Origin: an uncultured Gammaproteobacteria bacterium
Lineage (GTDB): Bacteria; Pseudomonadota; Gammaproteobacteria; Eutrophobiales; Eutrophobiaceae
NCBI GenBank assembly: GCA_943788815.1
Contig: CALSRS010000002.1
Span: forward strand, 573,766 to 637,765
Direction: 5' to 3'
DNA length: 64,000 nucleotides
Below, piece after piece: positions 13,409 through 22,397 of this stretch. A program made the translations under genes and the position numbers. The notes under the pieces are model-generated. The model searched no databases. It was not told where the DNA came from and was given only the letters and a program-made list of their open reading frames with translations. The stretch's first letter is position 1, and every line of letters begins with the position of its first letter.

Positions 13409-14275
13409 TTATTCCTGTGGATTATTTTTGCGCATGAGCAGAGCAAGTAAAGATGCTATTTTATCTCTAAGATGATTACGATCGATAATCATATCTATGA
13501 TCCCATGGTCCAGTAAAAATTCACTTCGTTGGAATCCTTCTGGGAGGGTTTCGCGTACTGTTTGTTCAATAACTCTGGGACCAGCAAAACCAATTAGCGC
13601 ATTAGGCTCTGCAATATTAATATCACCAAGTGTAGACAAACTGGCAGATACACCCCCTGTTGTAGGGTTAGTTAAAACAGAAATATATGGCAGTCTTCTT
13701 TTTCGCAATTGTGCAAGAGCGGCGCTGGTTTTGGCCATTTGCATTAGTGAAAATAATCCTTCCTGCATTCTAGCTCCACCACTTGCAGCAAAGCAGACTA
13801 AAGGCAAATCGTCTCGTAGACATGTCTCTGCAGCTAATACAAACCGCTCGCCGACAACCGAACCCATTGATCCTCCCATAAATCCAAATTCAAATGCACA
13901 AGTAACAACTGGTACCGTTTTAACCTCTCCTTTCATTACGACTAATGCATCATCCTCACCCGTAGCTTTTTGTGCTTGGCTCAGTCTATCTTTATATTTC
14001 TTGCTGTCCTTGAATTTATATTTATCAACTGGTTTTATTTCCGTCCCTATTTCAATTGCTGAACCCGCATCCAGGAATTTTTCCAAACGTGCCCGAGCAT
14101 GAATTAACATGTGATTTCCACATTTCGGGCAAACCTCAAGATTCCTGATTAACTCTGCCCTGTAAAGAACAGAATTACATGATGAACATTTAGTCCATAC
14201 ACCTTCAGGCACTGTCCTACGATTACTTGGATTCGTATTAATTCTTGATGGTAATAATTTATTCAACCAGCTCAT
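13409..14275 (-). CDS. accD: acetyl-CoA carboxylase carboxyltransferase beta subunit
   Basis: WTKC..C...VCPKC zinc finger, [29 protein letters not shown]. Confidence 0.98.
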   Translation of the reverse strand: MSWLNKLLPSRINTNPSNRRTVPEGVWTKCSSCNSVLYRAELIRNLEVCPKCGNHMLIHARARLEKFLDAGSAIEIGTEIKPVDKYKFKDSKKYKDRLSQAQKATGEDDALVVMKGEVKTVPVVTCAFEFGFMGGSMGSVVGERFVLAAETCLRDDLPLVCFAASGGARMQEGLFSLMQMAKTSAALAQLRKRRLPYISVLTNPTTGGVSASLSTLGDINIAEPNALIGFAGPRVIEQTVRETLPEGFQRSEFLLDHGIIDMIIDRNHLRDKIASLLALLMRKNNPQE

Positions 14276-14281
14276 ATAAAT

Positions 14282-14503
14282 TCAGATTCCTGGGTTCGAC
14301 TCTTTTGATTCTTCGTTTTTTAGACCTAATTTATATTCCAGCAATTCTATTGCCATATCAGGCATTTCTTCTTGAGACCTGGATTCACTGGACATTAACC
14401 AATTATCAACAGTATAGCGTTTTACTTTCAGCATCTCTGCTACTGTCAACCTGTCAAGTTTAAAATCCGTAATTAAATTAATCAAACGTTCGCGATTATT
14501 CAT
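14282..14503 (-). CDS. small helix-turn-helix protein (73 aa)
   Basis: ATGA overlap with the trpF stop, 6 nt before accD; HTH-like DRLTVAEMLKVKRYTVDNWL followed by MPDMAIELLEYKL. Confidence 0.7.
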   Translation of the reverse strand: MNNRERLINLITDFKLDRLTVAEMLKVKRYTVDNWLMSSESRSQEEMPDMAIELLEYKLGLKNEESKESNPGI

Positions 14504-15126
14504 AATACTAAATCCTTTGCGTTTTGAATGAATTTTAATATTTTATTTTTGTCTTTTACCCCAACTTTAGATTCAACGCCACCACTAACGTCTACTGAAT
14601 ATGGATGTACTGATCTGATTGCTTCACCTACATTTTCAGGCGTTAAACCACCTGCGAGTATGATTGGTTTTATGACTCGTTGATTTAACAGACTCCAATC
14701 GAATGTTTTCCCGGTTCCACCCGGGATACCGGGCACATATGAATCTGTAAGTAATGCCGCTGATTCCTCAAATTTTGAAACCATGGTTGCCAGATCTACT
14801 TCTTCTCGCATTTTAATTGCCTTAATATATGGAATTCCATATTGTAAACATTCTTCCTCATCTTCCTCTCCATGAAACTGAAGCAAATCCAAGTTCACAT
14901 GCTGAATTATAGATCTTATGAATTCGGGGGAATCATTGACAAATAAACCTACCTTAGAAATAAAGGGAGGAAGTTTGCTTATAATTGAAGTCGCGGCGGC
15001 TTTATCAATCATACGCGGACTTTTTCTATAAAATACAAATCCAAGGGCGTCTGCGCCGACATCACAAGCATAAATAGCATCTTCCAGCCGCGTAATTCCA
15101 CATATTTTTACTCTGACTATTGCCAT
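14500..15126 (-). CDS. trpF: phosphoribosylanthranilate isomerase
   Basis: VKICGIT, LQFHGEE, GGTGKTFDW, LAGGLTPENV, VDVSGGVE. Confidence 0.97.
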   Translation of the reverse strand: MAIVRVKICGITRLEDAIYACDVGADALGFVFYRKSPRMIDKAAATSIISKLPPFISKVGLFVNDSPEFIRSIIQHVNLDLLQFHGEEDEEECLQYGIPYIKAIKMREEVDLATMVSKFEESAALLTDSYVPGIPGGTGKTFDWSLLNQRVIKPIILAGGLTPENVGEAIRSVHPYSVDVSGGVESKVGVKDKNKILKFIQNAKDLVL

Positions 15127-15232
15127 TTCTATATATTTAATTATTTTAAAACGTATATATCGTAGTTATTTTCCCATAAATAACAAAAGTCCGCAGCAAA
15201 GTCATCCTCACCCCCTAATTACATTTAAATAA

Positions 15233-16033
15233 TTAAATAAAATCTGTAAAAATAAATTCATTTGATATGCAATTTGGACTTGATGGTATATTAAATTCAT
15301 CGGGATAATTTACTTTTATTAGATATAAACCGCTAGCAGGTGCAGTAATCCCACCTCTTTTTCTATCGCGGGCTTGCAAAACCTCTTTTACCCAAGTCGC
15401 AGGATATTTTTTGTTACCTACCTGTATTAACACACCAGCAATATTTCTTACCATGTGATGTAAAAATGCATTTGCTATAACATCTATGATTATCAGTTCA
15501 TCATGTCTTTTAACAGATAGGTACTCTATAACTCTAACTGGAGATTTTGATTGACATGCTGTTGCCCTAAAAGATGTAAAGTCATGCATACCGATAAGGT
15601 ATTTCGCAGATTCAGACATCAACACATCATCTAAGTGCTCTACCTGCCAGCTAGTCAGATTGCCCAACACCGATGATCGAGCGGGTCTATTAAGGATAAT
15701 ATATTTATATTGTCTAGAAATAGCAGAGAATCTTGCATGAAAATCGTCATTAACGCGTTTAACCCAGGTAACATTAACATCCTCTGGTAAATTTGAGTTT
15801 ACTCCAAATATCCAGGAATGATCTTCTCTAATTGAAGTAGTATCGAAATGTATTACTTGATTGAAGGCATGTACACCTGAGTCCGTTCTCCCAGCGCACT
15901 GTACTATGATCGCATGATTAGCTACTTTAGAAAATGCATTTTCTATACATTGTTGAACTGTTCTGCTACGTGTCTGTTTCTGCCAACCATAAAACTTTGT
16001 GCCGCAATATTCTACACCGGCTGCAATTCTCAT
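15233..16033 (-). CDS. truA: tRNA pseudouridine(38-40) synthase
   Basis: AGRTDSGVHA, FHARFSA, AFLHHMVRNI. Confidence 0.97.
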   Translation of the reverse strand: MRIAAGVEYCGTKFYGWQKQTRSRTVQQCIENAFSKVANHAIIVQCAGRTDSGVHAFNQVIHFDTTSIREDHSWIFGVNSNLPEDVNVTWVKRVNDDFHARFSAISRQYKYIILNRPARSSVLGNLTSWQVEHLDDVLMSESAKYLIGMHDFTSFRATACQSKSPVRVIEYLSVKRHDELIIIDVIANAFLHHMVRNIAGVLIQVGNKKYPATWVKEVLQARDRKRGGITAPASGLYLIKVNYPDEFNIPSSPNCISNEFIFTDFI

Positions 16034-16106
16034 AGCAGGGAAAGATAATTATGTATATAGGACTCTAAATAAATGAATAGTAAAATCACAAACCAGAAAA
16101 CATGAA

Positions 16107-19100
16107 CTAGGAGACTTGAGCTTTTAATTCTTCTGCCTGTTTTTTCTGTTCTTCATTCCCATCAGCAATAATTTCGTCGAGGATAGCTTTTGCACTATCA
16201 CTATCACCAAGCTCTACATATGCTTTGGCCAAGTCCAGTTTTGTTGCAATTTCATCTTCAGCACTTTGTTCTCCTGCATCAGATGTTCTCGGGACAAATA
16301 CTGTATGGTCTTCGTCATCGTCATCATCGTCGTCATCATCAAGAGATATTTCTAATCCACTATCTCCTGACTCAGCCCGGCTGTCATCTCCCATATCCAG
16401 TTCAATGCCACCATCATCTTCATCAAGAGAAATTTCCGGCACACTCAGATCTTCTGATCCAGAATCATCCAGAGAAATTTCAAGATCATCATCTCCGCTA
16501 GCATCACCTAAATCCAGCTCAATGCCACCGTCATCATCATCAAGAGAAATTTCAGGCACACTCAGATCTTCTGATCCAGAATCATCCAGAGAAATTTCAA
16601 GATCATCATCTCCGCTAGCATCACCTAAATCCAGTTCAATGCCACCGTCATCATCATCAAGAGAAATTTCCGGCACACTCAGATCTTCTGATCCAGAATC
16701 ATCCAGTGCGAAATCTAAACTTTCTTCCTCTTCATCTGGGCTTTCTCCGGTTGCAGCATCGAAGTCTATAACTTTGTCATCACTACTTTCCTCAACGCCA
16801 CCAATATCAAAATCCAGAGCATTATCATCAGATGATTCTGATGGTACTTTCATCGTAGATTCCATATCAATTTCAGGTGATGCGGCCGCAGTTACATCTA
16901 GCAGGTCCTCGTCTCCTTCAGCCTCAATCTCAGTATGTGATGGAACATCCAAGAAATCCTCATTACCGGAGGGTGAAGCGGAAATATCCAATACATTTTC
17001 ATCTTCAGCCTCATTTTCAATATCATCAAGACCTACCGCAGCTGTCACATCTAGAAGATCTTCATCATCCAAATCTGAAGCATCTGCTGTAACATCAAGG
17101 ACATCATCCGAGCTTCCCGAGGTGATATCCAACATTCCATCATCATCTCCACCCGCACCGGCGTCAGTAGAAGAAGATTCTCCACCACCGATATCAAAAT
17201 CCAGTCCATCATCATCCCCACTACCTTCATCATCGGCAGTCAGGTCTACAATTCCTCCGCCTTTGGATTCTTCTGAAGCATCTTCTTCTCCATCCACAGG
17301 TTCGGCAAATAATTCTCTATTTGGTGAAATTTCCTGCCACATTATTGTCGCCATTTCCCAATGGGGTCCCTCACCACCAGTTAACTCGTGCACAATTGTC
17401 GCTTCTTCCTCATACTTGATTTTGTCGCCTGAGGAATAAAATATTTCCAATAGTTTACTGTGGAAATCAAGATTATTTGTATCGCCCTGGATAGCGTCTC
17501 TGACAAATTCTTCAGCCTGGTCAAAATGCTCATAGGCGAGAAAGACATTCACTTCTGCCAGAGGATCTTCTTCCGGTTCTTCCGGAGGGGCTTCCTCAAT
17601 TTCAGGAACAGCCTCATCATCAACAGAGTCCGCAACTTCTTCGGAAGCTTGATCAGATCCATCATCACCAATAATTACATTCTTGTCAGCGCTATCTTCA
17701 TCAACAGCATCAATCTCAGAATCTACTTCAGATTCTTCAGGCATGGCAGTTTCTTCTGCAGTACTTTCAAAATTTGGAAATTCCGAAGATGTTAATTCTT
17801 CGTCATCCAAAGAGGATTCTTTGCGTTTCTTGATAAAAAATAATGCCGCTATTGCAATAATTAATCCAGCAAGTGCACCACCTATAATGACCAGGTTTCC
17901 AAAAACAAAACTCAAAATTTGACCAACAATCCCTGTGTCTGAAGTTGATACATCAGCTTGAGTTGATACATCAGGAGGAAGACTCTCTTCAGATTCAACA
18001 GGCGTCTCTTCTTCAGTGAGGTTATCTACCGGGGCTTGTGTATCATCCAGAGCCAGGCTAATGATGTCATCAGCAACCACTTCAACCTGAGTGTCTTCAT
18101 TAATATCTTCAACTATTTCTTCACGTACTTCGACAGGAGTATCATCAACTACTGTACCGCCAGCTGTTTGCTGCTGGAGGGTAGCCAGTTCGTCATCTCG
18201 CAATTCAAGTAATCTTTGAAGATCTTGAATAAGTGCCTCTGACTCGTCTAGTCGGCTTCTAAGATCATTATTTTCGGCTGCTATTGTTTCCAGTTGCTCA
18301 TTAGCCAACGTAAGATCAGCATTCCCACCACCTGTTGAGTCAAATGACGCACCTGCCTGCCCAGAATTGTCTGTATCACTGCCAGGAGAAACCAGTCTTA
18401 ATTCATTACCCCCATCATTTATGCCTGAGGCATCAGACGAACCAGATGTCTGGGAAGCACTACCCGCTGGACGTTGGCTTGTATTTGCCGCAAATGTCCC
18501 TCGCACCTCTTCCCACAATGAATTTTGGGACTGAACTTCAGACAAGGCTGATGACGAAGAATTTTCCAGCATTTCATCTCGGTCAGGTATTCTTAAAATT
18601 TGACCTTCCCTCAAACCGTTTATGTTGTTCTCTATAAATGCTTCGGGATTTGCTCGTAAAAGAGCCAACATCATTTGTTGTACGCTAATACCTGTATCCG
18701 GGCGTAGCTGTGCTGCAATGGACCAAAGAGTATCATCAGAGCCAGTAGGTCCATACTCATCTCCTGAATAAGAAGAAACAGTCAAAGATGAGGATACTGA
18801 TGAAGGTGTAACAGATTCTGAGGATGTTACTGATGCAGGTTCAGACGCCGAGAATGTTGAGGTGGAAATTCTGCGGGTATTAGGGTCATATAATGGAGGA
18901 TCGAGCAGAACTGTATATTCCCTGAATAGTCTACCGCTAGACCAACTCGCTTCAAGTAAAAAATTTAAATAGGGTTCGCGAATTGCTTCGCTTGAAGTAA
19001 TTCGTATATAGTCAGCGCCATTATCATTAATTTCAATTTCAAAACGTAGTGACGTCAAGATAAATACACGTTCTATTCCAGCCCTGTCGAATGCCTCAAG

Positions 19101-19274
19101 GTCAGCAAGCCGTATACTTAAAGTATCAATTTCTGCAGGCGTTGGTGATAAAAGCTCAATGCGTGCATCAAACGCCTGGTTTAATGATGAATTTAACTCA
19201 ATATTACCCAGCCCAAGCGCCAACAACCTGGTAGAGGTAAATAACAAGAAAAATATTATTACAATTTTACGCAT
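16107..19274 (-). CDS. fimV: FimV/HubP family polar landmark protein
   Basis: Signal peptide then LGLGNIELNSSLNQ, LysM-like DTLWSIA...NPEAF, coiled coil, TM segment, long acidic region, C-terminal TKLDLAKAYVELGD. Confidence 0.93.
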   Translation of the reverse strand: MRKIVIIFFLLFTSTRLLALGLGNIELNSSLNQAFDARIELLSPTPAEIDTLSIRLADLEAFDRAGIERVFILTSLRFEIEINDNGADYIRITSSEAIREPYLNFLLEASWSSGRLFREYTVLLDPPLYDPNTRRISTSTFSASEPASVTSSESVTPSSVSSSLTVSSYSGDEYGPTGSDDTLWSIAAQLRPDTGISVQQMMLALLRANPEAFIENNINGLREGQILRIPDRDEMLENSSSSALSEVQSQNSLWEEVRGTFAANTSQRPAGSASQTSGSSDASGINDGGNELRLVSPGSDTDNSGQAGASFDSTGGGNADLTLANEQLETIAAENNDLRSRLDESEALIQDLQRLLELRDDELATLQQQTAGGTVVDDTPVEVREEIVEDINEDTQVEVVADDIISLALDDTQAPVDNLTEEETPVESEESLPPDVSTQADVSTSDTGIVGQILSFVFGNLVIIGGALAGLIIAIAALFFIKKRKESSLDDEELTSSEFPNFESTAEETAMPEESEVDSEIDAVDEDSADKNVIIGDDGSDQASEEVADSVDDEAVPEIEEAPPEEPEEDPLAEVNVFLAYEHFDQAEEFVRDAIQGDTNNLDFHSKLLEIFYSSGDKIKYEEEATIVHELTGGEGPHWEMATIMWQEISPNRELFAEPVDGEEDASEESKGGGIVDLTADDEGSGDDDGLDFDIGGGESSSTDAGAGGDDDGMLDITSGSSDDVLDVTADASDLDDEDLLDVTAAVGLDDIENEAEDENVLDISASPSGNEDFLDVPSHTEIEAEGDEDLLDVTAAASPEIDMESTMKVPSESSDDNALDFDIGGVEESSDDKVIDFDAATGESPDEEEESLDFALDDSGSEDLSVPEISLDDDDGGIELDLGDASGDDDLEISLDDSGSEDLSVPEISLDDDDGGIELDLGDASGDDDLEISLDDSGSEDLSVPEISLDEDDGGIELDMGDDSRAESGDSGLEISLDDDDDDDDDEDHTVFVPRTSDAGEQSAEDEIATKLDLAKAYVELGDSDSAKAILDEIIADGNEEQKKQAEELKAQVS
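16395..16706 (-). repeat. 117-bp (39-aa) near-perfect tandem repeat, ~2.7 copies, inside fimV
   Basis: TCAATGCCACC recurs at 16402, 16519 and 16636; unit SLDDSGSEDLSVPEISLDDDDGGIELDLGDASGDDDLEI. Confidence 0.95.
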
Positions 19275-19309
19275 GTCTATGCTTATTCCTTAACACTAAT
19301 TACCCAACC

Positions 19310-19687
19310 TTAACGTATGGGATCAATTAGCAAATCATAATCCCGAATTAATCTTCCCTGTCCCCAGCTTAGCTCAAGTGAAAAGCTCAGTATTGGTTCA
19401 CGAATCGATTCATTACTAGTTATTTGAATAAAGTGTTTGTTACCCTCACCTAATACTTCAATTTTTAACGAACCTGGTGATACATCAGAACCATTATTGA
19501 CATCAATAATCCGAATATTCAGGCTTTCGAGATCACCGGATTTTAAATCACTTAATCCTATTTTCGCATTCAGTTCCTGATTCAGGTAGGAGTTCAATTC
19601 AATATCTGCCACAGACAACGCGTTTACTGAGACAGAAAACATCCCCATAAACACCAGCACTAAATTAAGTAGAATTCGATCCAGCAT
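19310..19687 (-). CDS. stand-alone FimV N-terminal-domain protein (secreted, ~125 aa)
   Basis: Signal peptide then ALSVADIELNSYLNQEL...ITSNESIREPILSF.LE.SW..GRLIRDY.LLIDP, colinear with residues ~18-155 of the adjacent FimV; likely ATG 19687. Confidence 0.82.
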   Translation of the reverse strand: MLDRILLNLVLVFMGMFSVSVNALSVADIELNSYLNQELNAKIGLSDLKSGDLESLNIRIIDVNNGSDVSPGSLKIEVLGEGNKHFIQITSNESIREPILSFSLELSWGQGRLIRDYDLLIDPIR

Positions 19688-19730
19688 CTGAATATCTTCA
19701 ATTATGAAGTAAAAAACCTTTATTAACAAT

Positions 19731-19859
19731 TAGTTATATATGGTTAAATAAGCCTAACGTCAACAAAGATTTCATAAGTTATTGCTAGATCAGGAAATTT
19801 CCCTGTAAAGACATGTTCCAGCTAACTATGAAATTGCTTTATATTTAACCATTAAACTA
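19731..19859. repeat. long imperfect palindrome filling the asd to mini-fimV spacer
   Basis: ATGGTTAAATA 19740-19750 / TATTTAACCAT 19842-19852; nested ATTTCATA-A-GTTA 19769-19781 / TAACTATGAAAT 19823-19834; inner CAGG/CCTG 19791-19805. Confidence 0.6.
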
Positions 19860-19863
19860 TAGT

Positions 19864-20886
19864 TTACAAATAGTCTTTTACCAAAATTTCACCAATTTGA
19901 ACACTATTTAATGCTGCACCTTTGCGCAGATTATCAGAAACAACCCACAAATTGATGCCTTTGGGGTGGGAGATATCCTCACGAATCCTTCCCACATAAA
20001 CTGAATCCGTCCCCTCACCTTCTGTGACGGCTGTTGGATATCCACCATTATTACGTTCGTCGATAAGCATGATTCCGGGCATGGATGACAGTAGGGATCT
20101 AACTTCCTCAACTCCTATTTTGTCCCTGGTTTCGATATGAATAGCTTCAGAATGACCATAATAAACCGGCACTCTTACAGTTGTTGGATTAACCAGGATT
20201 TCAGAATCTTCAAAAATTTTCTGGGTTTCCCAAACCATCTTCATTTCTTCCTTGGTATAACCATTTTCCTGAAAATCATCTATTTGCGGTAATACGTTAA
20301 AAGCAATTTGTTTTGGGTAAGTATTACACTCAACAGGATTTCCATTTAATATCGACGCGGTTTGTTCAGCAAGCTCAGCAATGCCCTCTTTTCCTGTGCC
20401 AGATACTGACTGATAGGTACATACATTAATTCTTTCAATACCTACAGCATCGTAAATGGGCTTTAATGCAACAAGCATCTGAATCGTTGAGCAGTTAGGA
20501 TTAGCAATGATTCCTTTGGTCTTATAATTTGCTATGGCATGCGGATTAACTTCTGGAACAATTAGCGGGATATCATCTTCATATCGAAACTGTGATGTAT
20601 TATCAATAACTACACAACCTGATTGCGCGGCCTTGGGGGCATAGATTTTAGATACAGGGGCACCTGGCGAAAATAAACCAATATCAATATCTGCAAAATC
20701 AAATGATTCAAGATCTTCTATTACTAATTCTGTACCGTCGAATTTAAGTTTGCCTCCGGCCGATCGGCTACTTGCCACAGCATGGACATTATTAACAGGA
20801 AATCTTCTTTCCGCTAACAATGAAAGCATGACTTCTCCCACCGCTCCAGTTGCACCCACAACTGCAACATTTACTTTCCTACTCAT
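19864..20886 (-). CDS. asd: aspartate-semialdehyde dehydrogenase
   Basis: VVGATGAVG, IANPNCSTIQM, QSVSGTG, DNLRKGAALN. Confidence 0.96.
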   Translation of the reverse strand: MSRKVNVAVVGATGAVGEVMLSLLAERRFPVNNVHAVASSRSAGGKLKFDGTELVIEDLESFDFADIDIGLFSPGAPVSKIYAPKAAQSGCVVIDNTSQFRYEDDIPLIVPEVNPHAIANYKTKGIIANPNCSTIQMLVALKPIYDAVGIERINVCTYQSVSGTGKEGIAELAEQTASILNGNPVECNTYPKQIAFNVLPQIDDFQENGYTKEEMKMVWETQKIFEDSEILVNPTTVRVPVYYGHSEAIHIETRDKIGVEEVRSLLSSMPGIMLIDERNNGGYPTAVTEGEGTDSVYVGRIREDISHPKGINLWVVSDNLRKGAALNSVQIGEILVKDYL

Positions 20887-20938
20887 AATTATTCCACTTT
20901 TTAAATGTAAATTGATTAAATTATTGAAATTGTAATCC

Positions 20939-21390
20939 AGATATAATTTATTACCCTTAAATTATATCTAATAATATATATAAGCCACTGGCAAGGATAG
21001 CATAAGAGAAATTATCATAACCATAACTGATGACTAGTATTATTATGGACATCTCAAAATTTATCTAAATGAATAACAGCCACATTTAGTTTTATTACAG
21101 GCAACAAATACGTAGGCAAAAAATCTCTCAGGGTATTGTCTTTCATAGCCTGTAAAAGAGATCCTGTGTGCCAGGCCAGGCGTCTGGCCTCCTTGCAGCA
21201 GGCCCATTGTGACTTGATATAATTTATCAATATCGGACATACCATTGCAGGACCATCTCACCATATACACGATCCGCTAATATTTCGGCATAGGAGGGCG
21301 AATTCCAAGTCATTGAAAATGATATACAGAGGAGTTTGACGCAGTTCTTGATACTCTTGAACCTGTAATCAATACTACCGTCCTATGCCG
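20939..21390. other. cluster of inverted repeats in the asd/dapD divergent spacer (candidate structured RNA or operator region)
   Basis: Stems at 20939-20950/20958-20969 (12 bp), 21095-21102/21148-21155, 21173-21179/21184-21190, 21214-21219/21225-21230, and 21286-21295/21381-21390 with nested inner stems. Confidence 0.5.
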
Positions 21391-21554
21391 GGGTTTTATT
21401 AAAAGTTGGCAGTTATACTTACAGAAATGTAATAATATTCACTCTGGAGAAAAACGAATCAAAATTGCTCTGGTCGCGCCATTAAAATCTTGCGTCACCT
21501 CAACAAACCGTATAAAAAATCTAATCAATTCACTCTAAAAAACAGGGAGTCAAT

Positions 21555-22376
21555 ATGAGTAATCTGGAAACAACAATCAATGAATATTTTGAAAATCGAT
21601 CTGGGTTAAAACCCGATGCAGTATCAGATGAATTAAGAAATGCGATAAACAATGTCATTGAAGGACTCGATAGCGGTGATTTAAGGGTTGCTGAAAAACA
21701 AGGTGATGCATGGCTTGTACATCAATGGATAAAAAAAGCCGTTCTATTGTCGTTTGCCATAAATAATAATGAACCTATAGATGGTGGATTTACACAGTAT
21801 TTCGATAAGGTGCCTCAAAAATTTGCCGGCCTCTCTAAAGACGAATTTAATACGATTGGAGCCAGAGTGGTCCCACCAGCGCTTGCCAGACGGGGTTGTT
21901 ATATAGCTCCTGGAGTCGTTTTGATGCCAAGTTATGTCAATATTGGCGCTTATGTGGATTCAGGGACCATGGTAGATACCTGGGCAACGGTGGGATCTTG
22001 TGCTCAAATAGGAAAAAATGTTCATCTGTCAGGTGGTGTAGGTATAGGTGGCGTACTGGAACCCCTACAGGCAAATCCAACCATTATTGAAGATAACTGC
22101 TTCATCGGGGCACGATCTGAAATTGTTGAAGGTGTCATCATTGAAGAGGGATCCGTCATCTCCATGGGGGTATACATAGGACAAAGCACAAAAATCTATA
22201 ACAGACAAACTGGTGAGATCAGCTATGGACGCGTACCAAAAGGCTCAGTCGTGGTATCGGGAAACCTACCCTCGGATGATGGCAAGTATAGTCTTTATTG
22301 TGCTGTCATTGTGAAACAGGTCGACGAGAAGACCCGAAGTAAAGTGAGCCTGAATGATTTATTGCGTGATGATTAA
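21555..22376 (+). CDS. dapD: tetrahydrodipicolinate N-succinyltransferase
   Basis: [50 protein letters not shown]. Confidence 0.97.
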   Translation: MSNLETTINEYFENRSGLKPDAVSDELRNAINNVIEGLDSGDLRVAEKQGDAWLVHQWIKKAVLLSFAINNNEPIDGGFTQYFDKVPQKFAGLSKDEFNTIGARVVPPALARRGCYIAPGVVLMPSYVNIGAYVDSGTMVDTWATVGSCAQIGKNVHLSGGVGIGGVLEPLQANPTIIEDNCFIGARSEIVEGVIIEEGSVISMGVYIGQSTKIYNRQTGEISYGRVPKGSVVVSGNLPSDDGKYSLYCAVIVKQVDEKTRSKVSLNDLLRDD

Positions 22377-22397
22377 CAATTGAACAAAGAAACACAA

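Noticed and set aside
16395-16706. Possible CRISPR array
   Set aside because: Contiguous in-frame 117-bp coding repeats with no unique spacers and no cas genes.
16225-17439. 404-aa Ser-rich ORF on the plus strand
   Set aside because: Antisense shadow of the Asp/Glu-rich fimV region (GAT/GAA codons read as Ser-rich on the other strand).
21061-21270. 69-aa and 63-aa minus-strand ORFs in the asd/dapD spacer
   Set aside because: No recognisable motif or convincing RBS; they overlap the hairpin cluster. Not excluded, but unsupported.
21150-21420. Lysine riboswitch, SRP RNA, 6S RNA or CsrB/RsmZ-type sRNA
   Set aside because: AAGAGTA and GCCGAA occur on the minus strand, but the AGAGGYGC start and ACUGUC/GGAGCGCU end are missing; there is no SRP GGAA-loop motif and GGA loops are too sparse.
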